Shown: positions 9,781 to 19,626 of the stretch, in pieces
Position numbering within the stretch: the first letter of the stretch is position 1
Layout: each line of letters starts with the position of its first letter
Source: Candidatus Eremiobacteria bacterium
GTDB lineage: Bacteria > Vulcanimicrobiota > Vulcanimicrobiia > Vulcanimicrobiales > Vulcanimicrobiaceae
Direction: 5' to 3'
DNA length: 64,000 nucleotides
Assembly: GCA_963737065.1 (NCBI GenBank)
Contig: CAVTRC010000001.1
Location: 2,240,001 to 2,304,000 of the forward strand
Program-made: the position numbers and the translations under genes
Notes under the pieces: model-generated
What the model saw: only the letters and a program-made list of their open reading frames with translations
Database searches by the model: none
Told to the model about the DNA's origin: nothing

Positions 9781-10908
9781 ATGGCGCGCATCAGCACCTT
9801 CGACGACTGGATCGATCTCCTGAAGGATTGGCAGAAGGACATCGGCCTGGACCAAGAGCTCATCGAGCGGTTCATGCCGGGATACACGTTCCAAGCGAAA
9901 TACGGCGAACTCGCGACGCCGGAGATCTATTTCGGCGACTTCAAAGGCGAGCGGAGATGGGAGAAGGTGCGCGAGATCCCCGATCAGCGCATGCGCGATG
10001 CGGTGCTCAACATGATCGTCTATCAGGGCGATACGGAGTTTGCGTCGAACGAACAGCAGCGCTTTCTCGTCAACAACGCGCCGTCGGAGTACGATCTCGC
10101 CTCGCTCGTGCGCATCATGGTCGAAGAGACGCGTCACGGGTATCAAATGTGCCATCTGCTGGTCAATCAGTTCGGCAGCGAAGGTAAGATCGAAGCGCAG
10201 AAGATGCTGGAGCGCCGCGCATTCGGGAAGAAGAACCGGCTGCTCAACGCGTTCAACGACGACGTGACGCATTGGCTCGACTTCTTTGCATACACGAATT
10301 TCATGGATCGCGACGGCAAGTTCCAATTGACGATGCTCTCGCACTCGAGTTTCGCGCCGCTCGCGCAATCGATGGGTCCGATGCTGCGTGAAGAGTCGTT
10401 CCACATGGGCACCGGCATCACCGGGCTGCGTCGCATTGCGAAAGCCGGCATCATTCCGGTCGACATCCAACAGAAGTACTACAACAAGTGGATTTCGGGA
10501 TCGCTCGATCTTTTCGGAACGGATCACTCGGGTTCGGCGCAATGGGCGTACACCTGGGGAATCAAAGGACGCGTGGACGAAGATAAGACGGCCGATTCGG
10601 TCGACAAAGAACACTTGAACGAGCGCGCGCGTCAGCAGTTCCACGACGAAGTGCAGGCGACCGTCGATCGAGTCAACGAAGTGAACCCGAGCGAGACGAA
10701 GCTCTATGTCCCCGACATGAGATTCAACCGCCAGATCGGCGAGCATGCCGGTAAATTCTTTACCGTCGACGGTCGCCAACTCACGAAAGGCGAGTGGGAG
10801 TCGTACATGCCGAGCGTTCTTCCTACGCCGGCCGACGACGACGTCCTCAAGAGCTATTTCAAAGATTCCGACTGGATCGCACCCAAAGGCAATTTGAGCG
10901 CCAACTAA
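9781..10908 (+). CDS. Ferritin-like di-iron aryl-CoA epoxidase, BoxB-like (PaaA/PaaC superfamily)
   Basis: QGDTEFAS.EQQ, APS.YD, EETRH, DRDGKFQL and EESFH match the BoxB di-iron ligand pattern. At 375 aa it is shorter than canonical BoxB. Confidence 0.82.
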   Translation: MARISTFDDWIDLLKDWQKDIGLDQELIERFMPGYTFQAKYGELATPEIYFGDFKGERRWEKVREIPDQRMRDAVLNMIVYQGDTEFASNEQQRFLVNNAPSEYDLASLVRIMVEETRHGYQMCHLLVNQFGSEGKIEAQKMLERRAFGKKNRLLNAFNDDVTHWLDFFAYTNFMDRDGKFQLTMLSHSSFAPLAQSMGPMLREESFHMGTGITGLRRIAKAGIIPVDIQQKYYNKWISGSLDLFGTDHSGSAQWAYTWGIKGRVDEDKTADSVDKEHLNERARQQFHDEVQATVDRVNEVNPSETKLYVPDMRFNRQIGEHAGKFFTVDGRQLTKGEWESYMPSVLPTPADDDVLKSYFKDSDWIAPKGNLSAN

Positions 10909-10919
10909 GGGACAACGAT

Positions 10920-11780
10920 ATGAGCACGACAGCTAACGGTACCGCAACCCAAGCGACGCCCTTCGGGCGCGAAGGGCGCATCTTTGACGGCAAGCGCGTC
11001 ATCAACCACTGGAAAGACGGACACATCGGTTTCGTCGAAATGAATGATCCGCCCGCGAATACCTACACGCACGAAATGATGCGCCAGCTCGATGAAGCGA
11101 TTCTTGACGCGCGCTTTGACAGCGACGTGGAAGTGATCGTGCTCACCGGCGCGGGTGAAAAGTTCTTCTCTGCCGGCGCGAACATCAACATGTTGAACTC
11201 GGTGACGCCGGAGTTTAAGTACATGTTCTGCTTGCATGCGAACGAGACGCTCTCGCGTTTGGAACAGACGCCGAAACTCGTGATCGCCGCACTCAACGGC
11301 CATTGCGTCGGCGGCGGCATGGAGATCGCCATGGCGGCCGACATCCGGATTGCGCGTCAGGATTCCGGAAAGATGGGTCTACCCGAAGTTGCACTCGGCG
11401 TTTTGCCGGGCACGGGCGGGACGCAGCGCCTCGCGCGCCTCGTCGGTAAGGCGCGAGCGATGGAGCTTATGGTGAGCGGCAAGACGTTCAGCTACGAACA
11501 GGCACTCGACTGGGGCGTGATTAGCGACATTTACGAAGGCTCCGCCGACGAATTTCGCGAGCAGATCACCGACTACGCGCGTCAATTCTGTAGCCCGAAC
11601 AAGGCGCCGATGGCAGTCGGTCACATCAAGCGCAGCGTGCAGACCGGCGCGGAACTTCCGCTCAACGACGCGCTCGCGCTCGAACGGGAACTCCAGTCGC
11701 TGCTCTTCAAGAGCGAGGATGCGAAAGAAGGCATCTCCGCGTACAATGAAAAGCGCGTCGCGAGATTCAAAAATAAATAG
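10920..11780 (+). CDS. Enoyl-CoA hydratase/isomerase (crotonase family)
   Basis: FSAGAN, GGGMEIAMAAD and LPEVALGVLPGTGGTQRL motifs. Directly downstream of the epoxidase. Confidence 0.9.
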   Translation: MSTTANGTATQATPFGREGRIFDGKRVINHWKDGHIGFVEMNDPPANTYTHEMMRQLDEAILDARFDSDVEVIVLTGAGEKFFSAGANINMLNSVTPEFKYMFCLHANETLSRLEQTPKLVIAALNGHCVGGGMEIAMAADIRIARQDSGKMGLPEVALGVLPGTGGTQRLARLVGKARAMELMVSGKTFSYEQALDWGVISDIYEGSADEFREQITDYARQFCSPNKAPMAVGHIKRSVQTGAELPLNDALALERELQSLLFKSEDAKEGISAYNEKRVARFKNK

Positions 11781-11805
11781 CCGTTGCACGTCATCACGAC
11801 CGGCG

Positions 11806-11834
11806 GGCCGCTCGTCTCGAGCGGTCTTTTATTT
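11806..11834 (+). terminator. Rho-independent terminator
   Basis: Stem ggccgctcg/cgagcggtc followed by ttttattt. Confidence 0.65.
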
Positions 11835-11899
11835 GACCTTCTTACACCATCAAAACAAAAGCGCGAGGTTCTCTCAGGTTTCGTTCGTACCATGAGCGA

Positions 11900-12877
11900 A
11901 TGCGAATCGCGGGGCTCTTCCTTCACACCGCCTGGCGCAGTGCTGGAACGTGGATTTGGCAACAGTTCCGCGCGCGGGACAACGTCATGGGTTTTTGCGA
12001 ACCGCTTAACGAGTGGCTCGCAGACGCCAAGCCGAGTACGCTGCTCGAACCGCGGCCGGAAATTTGGCCTTCCGGCCATTCCGACATCGGGCCCTATTTT
12101 GCGGAATATGCGCCGCTCCTGACCCCACGAGGCGTCGCCGGCTACGATCGACGCTTCGCGTACGAGTCGTACTTCATGCCCGTATCGCAAGGCGTGTCCG
12201 GTCTCGAGCGCTACGTCCAAAGCCTCTGCGATCTCGCGCACGCGAACGGACGACTGCCCGTTCTCAAATTCACGCGATCGCTCGGACGCGTTGAATGGAT
12301 GCGCACGCACTTTCCGGACGCCGCGCACGTGGTCATCGTGCGCAGCCCGCTCGCGCAGTACCGCTCGGCCGCACACCTGTACACGCGCGGACATCGCGAT
12401 TTCCTGGCGTCGCCGATTGCGCTTCTGGCGCACTTCGAGGAACATCCGGTCGTTCGTGACGTGCTCTGCGGACTTCAATGCAACGTACGCGCCGTTCGAC
12501 GGCGCACGCTGGAACGGACGCGCGTCGCGGCCGAACAGTATGTCGCGCGGGGAAACCCGCAAGAAACGTATCGTACGTCGCTTGCGTTTTGGCTTGCAAC
12601 GGCGCTGACGTCGATGCCGTTCGCCGATCTCGTGATCGACGCTGAATGTCTGGCCGAGAACGCCGAATACCGTAGGCTCATCGAAGAACGGTTGGCCGAG
12701 CTTTCAGGTATCGACATTTCGTTGGCGTCCGCGTCTGCGCCGTCATCCGGCGACGTCGGCGGGCTGATGCCGCCGAATGACGTGCTCCGAACGCTTCACG
12801 AGTCCGGCCGATCGATTTCGGAGAGATTTGCCGCGCATAGCGACGTCAATGCCGAATTGCTCGCAAAACTAGCATAA
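11900..12877 (+). CDS. Sulfotransferase-like hypothetical protein
   Basis: N-terminal FLHTAWRSAGTW (PAPS-binding-like), EPLNE and VRSP..Q..S motifs. Confidence 0.6.
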   Translation: MRIAGLFLHTAWRSAGTWIWQQFRARDNVMGFCEPLNEWLADAKPSTLLEPRPEIWPSGHSDIGPYFAEYAPLLTPRGVAGYDRRFAYESYFMPVSQGVSGLERYVQSLCDLAHANGRLPVLKFTRSLGRVEWMRTHFPDAAHVVIVRSPLAQYRSAAHLYTRGHRDFLASPIALLAHFEEHPVVRDVLCGLQCNVRAVRRRTLERTRVAAEQYVARGNPQETYRTSLAFWLATALTSMPFADLVIDAECLAENAEYRRLIEERLAELSGIDISLASASAPSSGDVGGLMPPNDVLRTLHESGRSISERFAAHSDVNAELLAKLA

Positions 12878-12905
12878 CGCGCGGCATACCTGCCGGGCGT
12901 CCGGT

Positions 12906-13751
12906 ATGCCGGGAGGGGACGGACTGCGCGATTGCAAGTCCAAACGCGTGGGGCTGTATGCGTTTCCGTCGTTTCTGCTCTTGCTACTCGCAGTCGTCGT
13001 GGCGCCGGTGCTGGCGTGTGTTGGACAGTGGTTCGTCCATCGCAAGCTGAACCTTCGAAGGTTCTTCGTGGACAACGACGTCGCCGGATTTATCATTGCG
13101 GTCGTCGGCTCACTATATGCCGTGCTTCTCGGTTTTATGACCGTTATCGTGTGGACGCATTATGAAGCCGCTCGACTTCGCGTTTGGGACGAATCAGCGA
13201 GCGTCGCGGACGTCTGGCATGACGCTGTGGGTCTACCTCCCGCGCTCAGCCGTCGCGTTCGCCACGACATGCTCGAATATTCGAACACGATGATCGACAA
13301 AGAATGGCCCGCGATGCGCAGCGGAGGCTTTAGTGTCGTCGGTGATGAGCTCATTATGGACGCCGCGACGGTCGTCGGCCAGTTCGCACCGAAGACGTCG
13401 GCTCAGAGCAATGCGCAAGCGGCGATCATCGAACGCTTGAACGAAGTACACGACGCGCGTGGAGCTCGGCTCGCCTCGAATGCCGACGGAATGCCGGCGT
13501 TTCAATGGGCGGTGCTTTGGATCGGCGCGATTGTCGTGCTAGCGTTTTGTTATTTGTTCAGTGTCTCGCATTTGAACGCCCATATGTTGATGACGGGGTC
13601 CGTTTCCGTCTTGATCGCGACGATGTTCGTGTTGATCTTCGAACTGCAACTGCCGTTTCGCACGGACATCGGGATTAAACCGCAAGCGTGGCAGGCGTTG
13701 ATCGTACACATTCACTCGATGGACAAAATGCCGAACCCGATGTCGATGTAA
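12906..13751 (+). CDS. DUF4239 / bestrophin-like membrane protein
   Basis: VGSLYAVLLGF.TV.VW, EWPAM and LQLPF motifs with 4 TM segments. Start uncertain. Confidence 0.75.
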   Translation: MPGGDGLRDCKSKRVGLYAFPSFLLLLLAVVVAPVLACVGQWFVHRKLNLRRFFVDNDVAGFIIAVVGSLYAVLLGFMTVIVWTHYEAARLRVWDESASVADVWHDAVGLPPALSRRVRHDMLEYSNTMIDKEWPAMRSGGFSVVGDELIMDAATVVGQFAPKTSAQSNAQAAIIERLNEVHDARGARLASNADGMPAFQWAVLWIGAIVVLAFCYLFSVSHLNAHMLMTGSVSVLIATMFVLIFELQLPFRTDIGIKPQAWQALIVHIHSMDKMPNPMSM

Positions 13752-13839
13752 AGCATTATCGCGAGCTACGCCTGAGGGACCGCGAGCGAGCCTCGCTCGC
13801 AAGACGGACTATGCAGCGCCGCGACTTGCTTGCAGAGCG

Positions 13840-13867
13840 TGATATACTGACTAGACTAGTCAGGAGG
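13840..13867 (+). promoter_or_regulatory. TA operon promoter: extended -10, palindromic operator and SD
   Basis: TGaTATACT (-10 at 13843-13848) overlaps the palindrome CTGACTAGaCTAGTCAG (13847-13863). AGGAGG precedes GTG 13872. Confidence 0.7.
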
Positions 13868-13871
13868 CGAA

Positions 13872-14246
13872 GTGAAACGAGGTAAGGTGCGGGCGCCCGA
13901 CCAGAAGCAGCGCCGCGAAGCGACGCCGATTCGCAAGGCCACGCTCCATATGCCGCCTTTGCTTGGGGCACTGTGGAACACCATTGCACCGGGACGTTGC
14001 CGGCGGTGGCAACTGCAGGATGCAAAGTCGCAGTTCAGTGAGGTGGTCCAACGGGCGCTTGAAGGCGCACCGCAGTGCGTGACCAAGCATGGCAAAGATG
14101 CCGTCATCGTCATCGCGTACGAAACGCTGATTCAAGCGGTGCGACCAAAACAGAATCTCTACGAGTTCCTTCGATCTTCACCGCTCGTTGGCGCCGACTT
14201 AAATTTTGAGCGCCTTCCCGGGGACGTTCGCGAGGTCGACTTTTGA
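13872..14246 (+). CDS. Phd/YefM-family antitoxin
   Basis: WQLQDAKSQFSEVVQRA...PQCVTKHGKDAVIV. Confidence 0.85.
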   Translation: MKRGKVRAPDQKQRREATPIRKATLHMPPLLGALWNTIAPGRCRRWQLQDAKSQFSEVVQRALEGAPQCVTKHGKDAVIVIAYETLIQAVRPKQNLYEFLRSSPLVGADLNFERLPGDVREVDF

Positions 14247-14680
14247 GTGGGTTTTTGATGGACACCTGCGCCATTTCCGATGCAACGAAGGCACGTCCCG
14301 ATACGGGATTGACCGGCTGGCTGCGGTCCGTTGATCCCACACAAGTCTACATAAGCGTGGTAACGCTCGGGGAAATTCGCAAGGGAATCGAATGTTGTAC
14401 GAACGCAGTCAAAAAAGCAACGCTGGAAGCGTGGCTTACTAACGATGTCGCACAACAGTTCGCAGGACGCGTGCTGCCTTTCGACGCTGAAGTCGCAGAC
14501 CGCTGGGGTCGATTGGTTGCTGCGCTACAGCAAGGCGGTATCACCGCAGCGGCGATCGATTCCCTCATCGCTGCGACGGCGTTGGAACATAACCTGAGTG
14601 TCGTTACGCGGAACGAAAAAAATTTTGGACCGATGCGCATCTCAATCACAAATCCGTGGTTAGCATCTCCATCTCCGTAA
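14243..14680 (+). CDS. vapC: VapC PIN-domain toxin
   Basis: LMDTCAIS, SVVTLGEI, DSLIAATA and VTRNEK motifs. Overlaps the antitoxin stop. Confidence 0.9.
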   Translation: MSGFLMDTCAISDATKARPDTGLTGWLRSVDPTQVYISVVTLGEIRKGIECCTNAVKKATLEAWLTNDVAQQFAGRVLPFDAEVADRWGRLVAALQQGGITAAAIDSLIAATALEHNLSVVTRNEKNFGPMRISITNPWLASPSP

Positions 14681-14964
14681 CGAACGTACTGTTCCTTGTG
14701 ACGTTGAAACGACGGAAGATCTCCTTCGCGTTTTATCATAACGAAAACCGCGAGAATACATCGGACCTCCGAGAGCTATACCGAAACCGCTATACGCGCG
14801 TACTCGATCTAAATTTGACTACGCTGAAATTGCCGGCGTAACGACCCGATGGAACGCTTCGGTACTCCCTGGACAAATCGCCGTATCGGCCCCGCACTTC
14901 ACACACGGTTGGCACTTTGCAGCAGCCAATGGACGCGTTGGCACGAGCGGTCGCTGATTCATAA

Positions 14965-16373
14965 TCAGCTGCTTGGAGCGAAGCGGATACCGTCGACAAG
15001 GTTCGATTTCTTGTTGATCCACAAATAAAACTTGATGGTCGCGCTCGCAAATTCGACGCGATAGACGTACGCGTCGTCGTCGCCCATCTCGAACTTTTGC
15101 TTAAAGATCACGTTCTTCAACGCGCCGAGGGTCGCCAGTTGCTCTCCGATCTGTTGCTGCTGTTTTTGCGAAATCGTCTGACGAACGAGCGGCGAAAGCT
15201 GATCCGGCGGGAGCGAACCTTTGAGCGCCGCGTCAAGCAGCAGCTTCATGCGCGCCGTTACGCCCAAGTTTTCGCCGGCGCCCGGCTTCATCGCCGCGAG
15301 CGCGACTTGCGGGAACAACGTCTCGTAGATCTTTGTCGCGAGCGCTGCCGTAGCGGCCCCGTCTTCGTTTTCGAGCACGATCACGTCGACGCCGTCTTGC
15401 GGGAACGTGACGTTACTCGACGATGATCCGAACGTGCCGCCGTTATGCCAGACGCGTTCCCGCCCGTCGACCGTGTCGATTTGCCAGCCGAATCCATAGC
15501 CGTCGGAGGCGCCGTTCGCGAGTTTGCCGGGTGTCGTCATCAGCGCGAAGTCGGCCGGCGAGATAATTCTGTCCATCGTGCAAGGCGATATCCCACTTCG
15601 CGAGATCCCCGACGGTCGATACGATATCGCCGGCCGCGGATGCCCATGCATCGAAAAGCGGCTGCGCGGGCGAGACGCGTTGGCTATTTGTCATCCCGCG
15701 CCAGTACGGCGTAGCGAAATCGCTGAGCGAGGCTTCGTCGGCGATCGTGGCGCTATGCGTCATACCGGCCGGCGCAAAGAGATGCGTGCGGATGTACTGC
15801 CCATATGATTGCCCCGACACCACTTCAATCACGCGTCCGAGCGCAACGTAATTCGTGTTGCTGTACTCCCATTTCGTCCCCGGTTTGAAATGCAGCGGCT
15901 GCGCGGCAATCAGCCCTTCGATCTTTTCAAAACTTCCGGGCTGCCGCGCAATCGAGACGAAGTGATTGACGTCGGTATAATTGGGAAGTCCCGTGACTTG
16001 ATTCAGCAGCTGACGAAGCGTGATCTCGCGCGCGTGCGGAAACGAAGGAACGAATTTCGCCAGGCTGTCGTCGAGCGAAAGCTTCGCGTGTTCTTTCAGT
16101 TGTAGAATTGCCGCCGCAGTGAACTGCTTCGTGACCGATCCCACTTCGAAATCGGTATCGGCGTCCACCGGCATATCCGAGGCGATGTTCCGCAACCCGA
16201 ATCCCTTCGCGTAGATGATACGTCCGTTCGCGAACGACGGCGACGGCGCCGCCGGGCGCGCGTTGCGCATCGATCGCTTGGCCGGCGACCATGCTGAGAC
16301 GGTCATCGAGCGCAAGCGGCTGGGGCGACGCTGCCGGGTTAGCGACCGCTAAGAGCAGCGCAAGAACGAACAT
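14965..16373 (-). CDS. Secreted serine hydrolase (beta-lactamase/AmpC family), frameshifted
   Basis: Signal peptide from 16373 (SD GAGGAG), SVTK, YSNTNY and HNGG motifs, split over three frames (shifts near 16235 and 15575). Confidence 0.8.
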
Positions 16374-17606
16374 ACTCCTCCAATGCGTGTACGGTTGCAT
16401 CGATTTCCGCCGGCGTGTTGTAATGCGCCGCGCCGACACGGACGACGCCCGCGGCTTCATTTAAGCCGAGCGAACGAACGGGTTCCAGCGCAAAATTATT
16501 TCCGCTCCAGACGAAGATGTTGCGTCGTGCCATCGCGCGCGCGATGTCGTCCGTCGACGCAGCGGGATGAACGAATGACACGGTCGGCACGCGATGCGCC
16601 GCCGACGCCGGTTCGGTAATGCCGAAGATAGACGTGCCCTCGATGCGCTGCAGCCCTTCAATCAATCGACGTGCGAGTTGCTGCTCCCACTGCACGGACG
16701 CTGCAAACGCGGCGCGGATCTTCGCGCGCGCGTCGCCGTAGGTACCAACTTGTTCGCCCAGCCATTCGTAATAGGCAATCGTCGCGCTCAGCGCAGCGAA
16801 GAGTTCGATCTGCGGCGTGCCCAAGTCGAAGCGCCACGGAAGTTCGTCGCTTGCCGGGCGAACTTTGTCCGTCTCGAGGTTTTCGAGCAGCGATTCGCGT
16901 CCGTACACGATCCCGAGGTGCGGGCCGAAGAATTTGTACGACGAACACGCGAGAAAGTCGCAGCCGAGTTCGGTGACGTCGATGAATCCGTGCGGTGCGA
17001 ACTGCACCGCATCGACATATGCAAGGGCGCCGGCGTCATGGATTCGTTCAACGAGCGCGCGTACGTCATTGATCGATCCGGTAAGATTGCTCGCATAGTT
17101 CAGCGCGACGATGCGCGTGCGTTCGGTGAGCACACGATCGAGCGCATGCGGTTCGATACGCCAAGAATCCGGTCATAGTCGAGCCATCGCACGGCGAGTC
17201 CGCGGTCGGCGGCCGCCGCAAGCCAAGGTGAGATGTTGCCGTCGTGATCCATGCGCGTCACGACGATCTCGTCGCCCGGCTTTAACCGTCGCACCAGCGC
17301 GCGCGCAATCCCAAATGTAAGCGCCGTCATGCTCGGCCCGACGATGATTTCGCGCGATGACGCTGCGCCGAGAAACTGCGCCATTCGCTCGCGCGCGTCT
17401 TCGGTCGTTTGCTCCGCGAGACGGCTCGTGACGAAGTAGCCGCCGAGATTGGCGTTCGTCTCGATCAGGGCGCGCGCAGTGGCGTCTGCCACGCGCTTGG
17501 GCACTTGCGTTCCGGCGGGATTATCCAGGTAAATTCGCGGCGTTCCGGCGTCCGTAATTGAAAGGGATGGAAACTGCTCGCGGATCCGTTCGACGGGAAA
17601 ACCCAT
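16339..17606 (-). CDS. Cysteine desulfurase-like PLP protein (class V aminotransferase), frameshifted near 17160
   Basis: YLDNPAGTQVP, DHDGN, ASNLTG, VDAVQFAPH, SSYKFFGPH and HYNT motifs. Confidence 0.85.
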
Positions 17607-17662
17607 TTCTGACGATTCTCATCCGCGCATGGGAGAGCCTTGAAGCTACCGAATCTGCAAGC

Positions 17663-17899
17663 ATGCGCAGGTGGGAGACGCTCAGCGCACTGGCTGCAGT
17701 TGTCCTCGCGAGCGTGGGAAGCATTCCGCGCGTACCGTTTCGGGCGATGCTGACCGGCGGCGCCGTCGTATTGATTACCGTGGTCGGTATTTCGCGGGTC
17801 GCTGCCGCGCTCAATGCAAAGCCGAAGCCGCCCGCATCCTTCGATCCGGGTCAGCGCGCGAGAATGATTCGCGAGGAAAGAAGCAAACGGCGCTCCTAA
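17663..17899 (+). CDS. Small membrane protein, hypothetical
   Basis: Two hydrophobic segments and a basic tail. Followed by a hairpin with a T-tract. Confidence 0.55.
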   Translation: MRRWETLSALAAVVLASVGSIPRVPFRAMLTGGAVVLITVVGISRVAAALNAKPKPPASFDPGQRARMIREERSKRRS

Positions 17900-17922
17900 C
17901 CTCTCGCTTGCACAGTGGACCG

Positions 17923-17951
17923 AAACGGCCGGGCGCGAGCGCCGTTTTTTA
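17923..17951 (+). terminator. Likely terminator between convergent genes
   Basis: aaacggc...gccgttt followed by a T-run. Confidence 0.5.
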
Positions 17952-19623
17952 TGACCCGCTTATGCCCTCGCGTTCGAGCATTTCTTTGTAAATGCGATCC
18001 ACGTCGGCTAGCGTGTTGATTTGTGAAACGGGCTTATCGTCGCGGATGCGCACGATGCGCGGAAACCGAAGCGCGTATCCGCTTTCATGCAGATCGCTGC
18101 GCTGGACGACATCGAACGCCACTTCGAGCACGATCTTCGATTGCACGGCGATCGCGTAACCGCGCTTGCCGGTCTGGTGCTCCAGGAACCACGTCGTCAT
18201 TCCCGCGATCTCAACGTCCGTCAAACCGGAATATGCCTTTCCGATCGTCAGCAGGTTGCCTTCGTCGTCCTGTACGGCGAACGTATAGTCGGAGAGCACC
18301 TTCGCGCGGCGACCGTGACCCCATTCGACTGCGACAACCACCACGTCGAGGGTTGTCAACTCGCGTTTCAGCTTTAGCCACCACTTCCCGCGCCGGCCGG
18401 GAACGTACGGCGCGTCGACGCGTTTGAGCATCAGCCCCTCGTTGCCGCGCGCGCGTGCCGCTTCGAAGCGTTCGTTGATCGCTTCCGCGACGGCGTCATC
18501 ATCGATGCGCTCGAACTGCGCGAGCGCGGCCCGTTCGCTCGGCTCGAAGGCGCTCGCCAAGCGCGTACGGCGTTCGATCAACGGTTCGTCGATCAAGAAT
18601 TCATCGTCGATTGCGATCGCATCGAAAACGACGTATTGCAACGGAACGTCCTCCAGCAGCGATGGATCGATCTCCTTACGCTGCAGACGCGCTTGCAAGA
18701 TGCGAAAGGGCAGCGCTTTTCCGTCGCGCGATGCGATGATTTCGCCGTCGAGAATCATACGCCGCGACTGCATCGCGAGGCGCTTGCGCGATCTCCGGAT
18801 ACGACCGCGTTACATCGTTGAAATTGCGCGAGTATAAGGCAACGGTTCCGTCGTGAACGTGTGCCTGCGCCCGAATGCCGTCGAATTTATCCTCTGCGAT
18901 CCACGTTTGTCCCGCGAGCTCGCGATAGCGATCGCCGTACGGAATCGGCGAGGCGAGCATGAATCCGACCGGCGACCCGTACGCGACGTGAATTGCGTTC
19001 AGCCGTTTGTGTTTCGCTGCAACGGCAACTTCTCCGATGTCGCCCGAAGCCATCACCGCGCGATGAATCTCGCGATGCGTGCTCTCGAACGCCGAAGCGA
19101 TCGCGTCGTGAACGAGCCCTTCGCGCAATCCGATGCGCAAATCGCCGGTGATGATCTTGATGACGTACGTTGCTTCCAAGGCATCGGTGCAATCGCGAAG
19201 GATGCGCTCGAGAATTGCCTCACGCTTTCTGCCCGCGTTCTTCCCTGACTCATCGGCGATCTGCACGAAGAGCGCATCGAGGAACGACGGCGTGAGCGTC
19301 TCTTCGGAAAAGAGCATCAGATCGGCAGGGGGCCGCACGAGCGGCCCGAGCGCTGAACCTAAATCGCCCGTTTCGCGATAGCGCGCCGAAAGCGCCGCAT
19401 CGTCGAATCCCCACACGCGTTTGGCGACGGCAATGATCGCGCGACCGCCGAGATTCAAGTTGCGCTGGTCTCGCGCAGCGAAGGGGTTGCCGGTAAAGAA
19501 GCGTGCAGCGGCATGCAGATCCCCGTCGTCGAGTTCGCGCAGATACTCCGCGATCAGCGCGATCTTTTCGAGCTTGCCGCCGCGCGCCGCGACGGCGTTC
19601 GCGACATAGGCGAAGCGCCGCAT
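17949..19623 (-). CDS. lig: ATP-dependent DNA ligase, frameshifted near 18775
   Basis: DNA-binding domain (ETGDLG, LRIGLREG), motif I EDKFDGIRAQ, LDGE, EGLMLK, WLKLK and LRFPRIVRIRDDK. Confidence 0.9.
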
Positions 19624-19626
19624 ACG

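Noticed and set aside
14681..14964. AT-richer intergenic stretch after vapC as a gene or att site
   Set aside because: Only short ORFs without motifs, and no convincing repeat or integrase nearby.
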